From NCBI GenBank assembly GCA_034722955.1, contig JAYEOM010000103.1, forward strand, positions 1-33,548: DNA of 33,548 nucleotides. Direction: 5' to 3'. The stretch comes from Campylobacterota bacterium. GTDB lineage: Bacteria; Campylobacterota; Campylobacteria; Campylobacterales; Sulfurovaceae. Positions 1 to 7,305 of this stretch are shown here, one piece after another. Position 1 is the first letter of the stretch, and each line of letters opens with the position of its first letter. The notes beneath the pieces were generated by a model. That model had not been told where the DNA came from and did not search any database. It saw only the letters and a program-made list of their open reading frames with translations. A program made the translations under genes and the position numbers.

Positions 1-250
1 TAAACACACAAATAGCTTTATGAGGTTTTTCATAGACAAGGCAATCGTTTGAAGGACTAGCCTTAGCTAATGCGAAAACGATTAACGCCGTATATGGGAA
101 ACCTCATAAAGCCCGCAGGGAAGCCACTAAGAGGGCAATCTTCACAAAATATAATTCTCCAATTAGCTATGGCTAGCCCTATGAATTATATTTTGCAAAT
201 CTTACCCTCTTGGTGGCTTCTATTTGTGTGTTTATCTCCTTGGGGTAGCC
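1..250. mobile_element. MITE-like structured repeat: truncated left end (1-15), hairpin module A (15-112), hairpin module B (120-220, opposite orientation), complete 31-bp right end (220-250)
   Basis: 1-15 is the reverse complement of 220-234. 127-250 matches the reverse complement of 33425-33548 with 4 substitutions. Flanked by TTA at 251-253. Mobility is inferred from dispersed copies; no transposase seen. Confidence 0.75.
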
Positions 251-2062
251 TTACTCCCCAAACAGATAGACCACATCAGGCCAAAACAGCACAATCATAA
301 GGGCTGTAACTTGCAGAAGTATAAAAGGGATAACCCCTCTATATATCTCTCCTGTAGTTACCTTGTCACCAGCTGCTCCCTTAAGATAGAAGAGAGCAAA
401 ACCAAAGGGGGGCGTGAGAAAAGATGCTTGTAGATTCATCGCGATCAATACTGCGAACCAGATAGGATCGATCCCCAAAGTATGAACTATAGGTACCAAT
501 ATAGGCACCACTACAAATGCTATCTCGATAAAATCAATAAAAAATCCAAGCAGAAAGATAACTAGCATACTTATGATGATAAAAGTCCACTGACTGCTCA
601 TATCACCAGAGAAAAACTCCAGTGCCATATCTCCACCGCCTAACTCGTTGAATACCAGTGAGAATGCTGTAGCACCTATCAATATCATAAATATCATAGC
701 TGTAAGTTTCACCGTCTCTATAGCGGCATATCGTATCAAGTCAAAGGATAGAGTCCCATTGCTCCATGCCAAAAGTGATGCACCTATGGCACCTATGGCT
801 GCTGACTCTGTAGGAGAGGCGATACCTGCAAAGATAGACCCCAGTACTATAGCTATCAAAATCAGAGGTGGGACGATAGCTTTTAGTGCCTCTTTTGCTG
901 TTTGCGAATATGGCTGATCACTCTTGATAGATGGTGCCACCTCTCTATCTGCTAGTGCTCGTATAAAGATATATAGGATATATAGTATGATCAGAAGCAG
1001 ACCCGGTACTACTGCTGCTCTAAAGAGATCTCCTACACTCAAATGCATCTGATCACCTAGTACGATAAGTACAATCGAAGGAGGAATGATCTGCCCAAGA
1101 GTACCACTCGCTGCGATAGAACCACTAGCCAATGATGGCGAATAGCCATGCTTTAGCATCAGTGGCAGTGCTATCAGACTCATCATCACCACTGATGCCC
1201 CTACGATACCGGTACTAGCTGCCAATACAGCACCGACTAGAACTACAGAGATCGCCAATCCACCGCGAATAGATCCAAATAGTCTACCCATAGAGATCAA
1301 TAGCCCCTCTGCCATTTTGGATCTCTCAAGGATCAGTCCCATAAGTATAAAGAGTGGTATAGCCATCAGTGTTATGTTACCCATAATGCCATAGATGCGA
1401 TAGGGCAGCATCTCAAAGACCACAAGCCCAACTTCATCAGAGATCAATGCAAACAGCAGTGCCACACCTGCAAAAACAAAAGCAACCTGAAAGCCGGAGA
1501 GCAGCAGTACCAGAGAGAGTACAAACATGAGATAGACAGGATCGATCCAGAAAACTACATCAAAGTAGACCCCATAAAAAGCAAACAGAGATAGCAGTAG
1601 AGAGAGTATAAGCGGCAGAACAACCGCACGAGGGGACTCCAGAGAGTGATATGATTTTAGTATCTCACTAACTGCCTGCATAACAAGCAATCCAAATGAT
1701 ACAAAAATCATCCCTTTGATCAGGTATCTATGGGTCAAACCACCCGGATCACTGGAGATCTCCTGCTGTAGATAACTCTGCATCATCAGATCATAAGCAT
1801 CACTCATTAGCAATGCAGAGAAAGGTATCACCAAAAAGAGCATAGAGAAGATTTGGATGATAGCACGAGTCTGATTGGAGTATCTCTCATAAAAGATATC
1901 AACACGCACATGTTTGTTGTGTTTCAATGCATAAGTGATACCTAGCAAAAATACCATATCATACAGATGCCACTCCACCTCCTGAAGTCCTATAGAACCT
2001 GCCGAAAAGAGATAACGCATAATAGCATCATAAGTGACCAAAAGAGCCAAAACTACTACCAA
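251..2062 (-). CDS. TRAP transporter fused small+large permease (DctQ-DctM); true 5' end probably further upstream (~2116)
   Basis: N-terminal DctQ motifs (QEVEWHL, HVRVDIFY, SSDPGGL) followed by DctM motifs (GTLGQIIPPS, ASPTESAA, QASFLTPPFGFALFYL). The frame is open upstream to 2128. Confidence 0.9.
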   Translation of the reverse strand: MVVVLALLVTYDAIMRYLFSAGSIGLQEVEWHLYDMVFLLGITYALKHNKHVRVDIFYERYSNQTRAIIQIFSMLFLVIPFSALLMSDAYDLMMQSYLQQEISSDPGGLTHRYLIKGMIFVSFGLLVMQAVSEILKSYHSLESPRAVVLPLILSLLLSLFAFYGVYFDVVFWIDPVYLMFVLSLVLLLSGFQVAFVFAGVALLFALISDEVGLVVFEMLPYRIYGIMGNITLMAIPLFILMGLILERSKMAEGLLISMGRLFGSIRGGLAISVVLVGAVLAASTGIVGASVVMMSLIALPLMLKHGYSPSLASGSIAASGTLGQIIPPSIVLIVLGDQMHLSVGDLFRAAVVPGLLLIILYILYIFIRALADREVAPSIKSDQPYSQTAKEALKAIVPPLILIAIVLGSIFAGIASPTESAAIGAIGASLLAWSNGTLSFDLIRYAAIETVKLTAMIFMILIGATAFSLVFNELGGGDMALEFFSGDMSSQWTFIIISMLVIFLLGFFIDFIEIAFVVVPILVPIVHTLGIDPIWFAVLIAMNLQASFLTPPFGFALFYLKGAAGDKVTTGEIYRGVIPFILLQVTALMIVLFWPDVVYLFGE

Positions 2063-2128
2063 TAGAGATGCTAAAAACCCTGCATATTTCGATACTCTAT
2101 CTAAATAATAACTGATACTGTACTCTCC

Positions 2129-2620
2129 TTACCAATCCTCTAGCCAGCTAACTTCATATCTCCAAGGAAACATTCTCTTTTCACTGACTATTTTCGGTGG
2201 TGTACCTGTAACTGTCACCTCCATACCGGTTCTAGCCCATGCCCACATCTTTTGTGCAAAACCTCTCTGCATCCGTATACAACCATGTGATGCCGGATAG
2301 TTGGGAACCGGACCCAAGTGCATAGCGATCCCGTCCCAAGTCAAACGCAGCAGATAATCCATCTTGGCACCGCCATCAGGTTTGGGCCAGAGGTTAGATG
2401 CATGTCTCTTCTTTTTCTCAAGAATATAAAATGTACCTGTAGGTGTACGGCGACCATATGTTCCAGTAGAGATACGACCACTAAATACAACTTTTCCATC
2501 TTCATAAGCGTAGGCTATCTGCTCATCCAGATCTACAGCTATACTCTTTTTGGCTTCTATCTGTGTAGATACTAAAAGGAGCATTAAAAATACAAATATT
2601 ACTCTAACTCTATTTTTCAT
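2129..2620 (-). CDS. L,D-transpeptidase (YkuD/ErfK family)
   Basis: Signal peptide after ATG at 2620; ISTG..TP.G.F, GIAMH and catalytic ASHGCIRM motifs. Confidence 0.88.
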   Translation of the reverse strand: MKNRVRVIFVFLMLLLVSTQIEAKKSIAVDLDEQIAYAYEDGKVVFSGRISTGTYGRRTPTGTFYILEKKKRHASNLWPKPDGGAKMDYLLRLTWDGIAMHLGPVPNYPASHGCIRMQRGFAQKMWAWARTGMEVTVTGTPPKIVSEKRMFPWRYEVSWLEDW

Positions 2621-2660
2621 GCTATTATTATAACTAAAAATAGAGTGAAAAAGATAATAA

Positions 2661-3632
2661 ATGAAAAAATTTATAAATGAAACTATGTGGGATATTCTCA
2701 TCTGGCTTGAAGCAGAGGTAGAGGATATAGATCCATCTGACAAAATCCTCTTTCAGATACCAAATCCTGATTTGGATACTACCAAAAGATATCATAGCTG
2801 GAGATCCTGGAGTGATCTAGCCACCCTGCTCTATTGTCGTATGATGACTCCACATATCATCAACGATAGAGAGGTCATAGTATCGTTTCAAAAACTTGAT
2901 CACTCTGACTCTTTTCACACAGCAGAAACATCTGACCATAGAGAAAAATATGGTACTCTATCCTCTTTCTCCCTGATAGAGAAAAACGAAGAGCCTGCTT
3001 TTATCTTTGCATTTGTCAAAGCACTAAAACAGGTCAAGATAGAAGAGAGGCAAACCATCTTAGATCTAGGGGTCAACAGCGGTGATGAGTTTGAGGTGAT
3101 CACAAGTATCCTGCCCAAAAAGAGCTATAAGAGTATGAGCCTGATCGGTATCGACCACAGCAGATCAGCCATAGAGAGAGCCAAAATGCGTTTCCCTCAA
3201 GCCAATATCTCTCTCTACTGTCATGACATCAACCATCTCAAAACTCTGTCACTCCCAAAAGCAGACCTCATCATATCTATAGGCACTCTCCAAAGCCCCA
3301 GCATCGAGTTTAAGCCTCTCTTTATGTCACTCATCCAAGATCACCTCACCCCTAGTGGAGCCATCATTCTGGGCTTCCCCAACTGTCGATGGATAGATGG
3401 AGAGATGATATATGGAGCCAAAGCCCCCAACTACAACTTCTCTGAAATGTCACTGGTGATAAAAGATATCTATTTTTGCAAAAAATATCTACAGCAACAC
3501 AGGTTTAGGGTGACAATCACGGGGAAAGAGTATCTATTTTTGACTGCTACAAAGATTAGGATAAGGCTACCCCAAGGAAATAATTACTGTCACACAACAC
3601 CCTCTTTCAGCAAACTCTATTGCATAATTTGA
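2661..3632 (+). CDS. Class I SAM-dependent methyltransferase, substrate unknown
   Basis: ILDLGVNSG motif I and IGIDHS motif II. The last ~23 codons start inside a repeat remnant. Confidence 0.75.
   Translation: MKKFINETMWDILIWLEAEVEDIDPSDKILFQIPNPDLDTTKRYHSWRSWSDLATLLYCRMMTPHIINDREVIVSFQKLDHSDSFHTAETSDHREKYGTLSSFSLIEKNEEPAFIFAFVKALKQVKIEERQTILDLGVNSGDEFEVITSILPKKSYKSMSLIGIDHSRSAIERAKMRFPQANISLYCHDINHLKTLSLPKADLIISIGTLQSPSIEFKPLFMSLIQDHLTPSGAIILGFPNCRWIDGEMIYGAKAPNYNFSEMSLVIKDIYFCKKYLQQHRFRVTITGKEYLFLTATKIRIRLPQGNNYCHTTPSFSKLYCII
3565..3597 (+). repeat. Degenerate solo end of the TWA-GGCTACCCCAAGG repeat
   Basis: TAA then GGCTACCCCAAGGAAATAA (18/19 match to consensus), a short insertion, then CACACAA. 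Confidence 0.8.
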
Positions 3633-3657
3633 GATAATACGGCTAAAAAAGATCTAT

Positions 3658-4182
3658 ATGAAGATAGTAGTGGCGATTACGGGTGCTAGTGGGGTTGGAT
3701 TGGCACAGAAGTTTATTGATCTCCTTCCTGGCGGTATAAGTGTACATGTTGTGGCATCTGACCATGCCAATATCGTAGCTATATATGAAGAGAAGAGCCA
3801 TATAACCATCCACCACAATGATGATATAGCAGCCTCTATCGCATCAGGTTCGTTTCAGGTAGATGCTACAGTAGTTGTCCCTTGCAGTATGAATACACTA
3901 GCCAAGATAGCACATGGTATCGCTGACAACCTAGCATCTCGTGTTGCGGCAGTAGCACTCAAGGAGCAGAAGAGACTTCTGTTGGCGCCTAGAGAGATGC
4001 CCTTTTCTGCTATAGCTTTGGAAAATATGCATAAACTATCTATGCTAGGTGTAGTTATCGCACCACCGGTGATGGGGTACTACTCGGATAGTGACTCCCT
4101 AGAGGATATGGAGTCTTTTATCATCGGTAAATGGTATGATACTTTGGGCATAGAGCATAGCTTATATAGAAGATGGAATTGA
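3658..4182 (+). CDS. ubiX: Flavin prenyltransferase UbiX
   Basis: VAITGASG, ASIASGS, PCSMNTLAKIA.G.ADNL and PREMP motifs. Confidence 0.93.
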   Translation: MKIVVAITGASGVGLAQKFIDLLPGGISVHVVASDHANIVAIYEEKSHITIHHNDDIAASIASGSFQVDATVVVPCSMNTLAKIAHGIADNLASRVAAVALKEQKRLLLAPREMPFSAIALENMHKLSMLGVVIAPPVMGYYSDSDSLEDMESFIIGKWYDTLGIEHSLYRRWN

Positions 4183-4185
4183 CAA

Positions 4186-4686
4186 ATGAGAACAGAGACA
4201 ATTAGTAAAAATATCAAACGAGCAATATATCCCGGAACCTTTGACCCTATCACCAATGGACATCTCGATGTAATCAATCGTGCTTGTAAAATATTTGATG
4301 AGATTATCGTAGCAGTAGCTAGGAGTGAAGCTAAAAAACCGATGTTTTCACTGCAAAAGCGTATCGCAATGATAGAGGCATCTACACGAAAACATCCCAA
4401 GATCAGAGTAGTTGGGTTTGATAACCTACTAGTAAACCTCTCAGACGAACTAGAGGCAGATATCATCATAAGAGGATTGAGAGCTGTCAGTGACTTCGAG
4501 TATGAGTTGCAGATGGGATATGCCAACGCTTCACTCAAAAAGGAGTTGGAGACGATCTACCTTATGCCGAGTCTCAAACATGCCTTTGTGAGCTCCTCTG
4601 TTGTCCGATCTATACTTCACTTTAGTGGCAAAATCGATCATCTTATCCCTAAAGAGGTATATGATATGATCATAGAAGATCAATAA
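4186..4686 (+). CDS. coaD: Phosphopantetheine adenylyltransferase
   Basis: AIYPGTFDPITNGHLD, RGLRAVSDFEYE and SSS.VR motifs. Confidence 0.97.
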   Translation: MRTETISKNIKRAIYPGTFDPITNGHLDVINRACKIFDEIIVAVARSEAKKPMFSLQKRIAMIEASTRKHPKIRVVGFDNLLVNLSDELEADIIIRGLRAVSDFEYELQMGYANASLKKELETIYLMPSLKHAFVSSSVVRSILHFSGKIDHLIPKEVYDMIIEDQ

Positions 4687-4705
4687 TAAATAGGAAACGA
4701 TAATT

Positions 4706-5287
4706 ATGTATATACTTTTTGAAGGCATAGATACATGCGGCAAGAGTACGCAGATAGAGTTGATGAAACAGAAACATACTGAAGTGATCATCACAAAAGA
4801 GCCAGGCGGCACAATATTTGGCAAAAAAGCCAGAGAGATTTTACTAGATGGTCAGCTTCGATCCAAAAGAGCAGAACTTCTACTCTTTTTGGCAGATCGT
4901 GCAGAGCACTACGAAGAGGTGATCAAGCCAAACCGAAACAGAGTTATCCTCTCGGATAGAGGCTTCATCTCAGGGATCGCTTATGCCCTTGCCAATGGAG
5001 ATTTTGATATCAAAACACTGGTAGATTTGAACTACTTTGCACTAGAGGAGCACTTCCCGGATAAGATCATCCTCTTTCTTACAGATCTAAAGACACTTCA
5101 GGAGAGAACATCTCAAAAAGAGCTTGACGGCATCGAGCTTCGAGGGCTGGAGTATCTCTTGGATGTTCAAAACTATATGAGAGAGACTATTCAAACCCTT
5201 GAGATTCCACATCTCTTTATAGATGCGACAGAGGATATAGATACTATCCACCATACCATTACAGACTATTTAAGGAAAACACTATGA
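4706..5287 (+). CDS. tmk: Thymidylate kinase
   Basis: FEGIDTCGKSTQ P-loop, EPGGT, ELLLFLADRAEH and SDRGFIS..AY motifs. Confidence 0.95.
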   Translation: MYILFEGIDTCGKSTQIELMKQKHTEVIITKEPGGTIFGKKAREILLDGQLRSKRAELLLFLADRAEHYEEVIKPNRNRVILSDRGFISGIAYALANGDFDIKTLVDLNYFALEEHFPDKIILFLTDLKTLQERTSQKELDGIELRGLEYLLDVQNYMRETIQTLEIPHLFIDATEDIDTIHHTITDYLRKTL

Positions 5288-6495
5288 TCAATCCCTTGCG
5301 AGGAATGAAAGATTTGACTTTTGATGAGAGTCAACGCTTTGTCTATATCATCACTACAGCGATAGATATTGCCAAAAAGTATGGCTATAGCTATATAGAG
5401 ACACCTATACTAGAGGAGACTATACTATTCAGGCGATCAGTAGGAGAGAGTAGTGATATAGTCGGCAAAGAGATGTATCAGTTTGTGGATAAAGGGGGCA
5501 ATGATGTCTGTATGCGTCCAGAGGGTACAGCTGGTATTGTGCGTGCTTTTGTCTCTGCCAAGCTAGATCGTCAGCCACAAAAGTACAAATTCTACTACTA
5601 TGGACCGATGTTTCGTTATGAGAGACCGCAAAAGGGACGACTCAGAGAGTTTCATCAGTTTGGCTGTGAGAGTTTTGGTGAAGCATCTGTCTATGAGGAC
5701 TTCACTGTCATCTCCATGATCAAAGATATATTTGATAGACTTGGGATCGGATATACACTCCAGATCAACTCCTTGGGATGCCCTGAGTGTATGCCTCTCT
5801 ATCGAGGAGATCTGATCAGCTACCTCACCAATATCAAGGAGGAGCTATGTATAGATTGCAATCGCCGTATAGATACAAACCCTATCCGTGTACTTGACTG
5901 CAAAAATGGAACTTGCCAATCACATCTTGCTACCTCCCCAAAACTCATCAGCAATCTCTGTAGAACTTGCGATACGGATTTCAGTAAACTCAAAAAACTT
6001 TTGGATGATGCAGAGATCTCCTATGAAGTAGATACCAATCTTGTACGCGGTCTAGACTACTACTCCAAAACCGCTTTTGAGTTTGCCAGCAGCCAAATAG
6101 GTGCCCAAAGTGCCATTGCCGGTGGCGGTCGCTATGATAAATTAGTCGAATACCTCGATGGACGATCCACACCTGCAGTAGGCTATGCCATAGGTATAGA
6201 ACGGATCATGGAGTTGGTGCAGATGCCCCAAAGCAAAAGAGAGGGTATCTACCTTGGTGCCATGTCAGAGGAGGCTGTAGATACCCTTTTTCCTCTAGCT
6301 GCGAAGAGAAGATCTGAAGAGAGAGTGACCATAGAGTACAACAAAAAAGGACTCAAAGCCCACCTAAAGGGTGCAGATAGAGCAGGAGCCAAGATAGCAG
6401 CCATCATCGGAGAGGATGAGCTGAGTCAGGGTGCTATATGGGTAAAAGATCTAGAGAGCAAAGAGGAAAAAACTATCCCATTGGATGAGTTTTAA
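5284..6495 (+). CDS. hisS: Histidine--tRNA ligase
   Basis: RGMKD, RPEGTA, FRYERPQKGR.REFHQ, LVRGLDYY and GGGRYD motifs. Confidence 0.98.
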   Translation: MINPLRGMKDLTFDESQRFVYIITTAIDIAKKYGYSYIETPILEETILFRRSVGESSDIVGKEMYQFVDKGGNDVCMRPEGTAGIVRAFVSAKLDRQPQKYKFYYYGPMFRYERPQKGRLREFHQFGCESFGEASVYEDFTVISMIKDIFDRLGIGYTLQINSLGCPECMPLYRGDLISYLTNIKEELCIDCNRRIDTNPIRVLDCKNGTCQSHLATSPKLISNLCRTCDTDFSKLKKLLDDAEISYEVDTNLVRGLDYYSKTAFEFASSQIGAQSAIAGGGRYDKLVEYLDGRSTPAVGYAIGIERIMELVQMPQSKREGIYLGAMSEEAVDTLFPLAAKRRSEERVTIEYNKKGLKAHLKGADRAGAKIAAIIGEDELSQGAIWVKDLESKEEKTIPLDEF

Positions 6496-6503
6496 CTCCC
6501 AAA

Positions 6504-6779
6504 ATGCCATACAGCACAGCAGATCAATCATATAGTGTCTACATCCTAGAGTGTGCTGATCATACACTATATACGGGTATTACCAATATGCTTGAGCGGC
6601 GTATAGATGAGCATAACTTATCAGATAAAGGTGCAAAATATACGAGAGCTAGACGACCCGTAACACTAGTCTATCAAGAGAATCATCCTGATCGAAGCAG
6701 TGCCTCAAAAAGAGAGCATAGTATCAAAAAGATGTCAAGAGCAGAGAAAATAGAGTTAATATCTAAAACTTTTGGCTAA
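6504..6779 (+). CDS. GIY-YIG nuclease family protein (UPF0213, YhbQ/YazA-like)
   Basis: VYILEC.D.TLYTGIT..LERR..EHN and GAKYTR.RRPV motifs. Confidence 0.88.
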   Translation: MPYSTADQSYSVYILECADHTLYTGITNMLERRIDEHNLSDKGAKYTRARRPVTLVYQENHPDRSSASKREHSIKKMSRAEKIELISKTFG

Positions 6780-6826
6780 TATATGATAAAATATATACAT
6801 AATACCGGATCTGAGAGGAATAAGTA

Positions 6827-7252
6827 ATGGCTGATGAATTTTATGATGATGATCCCTTCCATCAAGGCTCTACTTCACCCGAACAAGTAAAAATAATAAA
6901 GAAGAAGAAGAAAAAGAGTGAAGAGGAGAGTGAAGATAGAGGGTTTATGAAGAGAGAAGTAAACTTGATGGACTCTGTCTTCTTTCCTGATGGATTTGAA
7001 CATATTATGCTAGCAATCTATTTTTTGACTATACCTTATATCGCTGGTCTACTTTTTATCTTTTTCTATATTGGAAAGGGTGACTATACTATCTTTCTGA
7101 CTCTAAATGATGAAAACTCTTTTATTATTACTTGGGCAATAGGCTATGAGGTGGTTGCATTTTTTCTTCTATTGTGGATTACAAAACTGGGAATCTCTTC
7201 ACTATTAGTAAAAGAAGAAGATACAAGAAGTAGAAAATTCAGAATCCCATAG
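6827..7252 (+). CDS. Hypothetical membrane protein with two predicted TM helices
   Basis: 141-aa ORF with a GAGGA SD, charged N-terminus and two hydrophobic segments. Confidence 0.7.
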   Translation: MADEFYDDDPFHQGSTSPEQVKIIKKKKKKSEEESEDRGFMKREVNLMDSVFFPDGFEHIMLAIYFLTIPYIAGLLFIFFYIGKGDYTIFLTLNDENSFIITWAIGYEVVAFFLLLWITKLGISSLLVKEEDTRSRKFRIP

Positions 7253-7305
7253 GGATGATTTAAACTAGATTGATCAATTAACATAAAACCATATTTGGAA
7301 TAAAA

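Noticed and set aside
1..250. CRISPR array, integron attC or tRNA interpretation
   Set aside because: No tandem repeat-spacer periodicity, cas or integrase genes, attC-type conserved ends, or cloverleaf.
70..433. ORFs 70-300 and 224-433
   Set aside because: They lie over the structured repeat or antisense to the TRAP gene and show no protein-like motifs.
6504..6779. GIY-YIG protein as the mobiliser of the repeat or as a defence gene
   Set aside because: It is a widespread stand-alone UPF0213-type protein with no repeat copy beside it.
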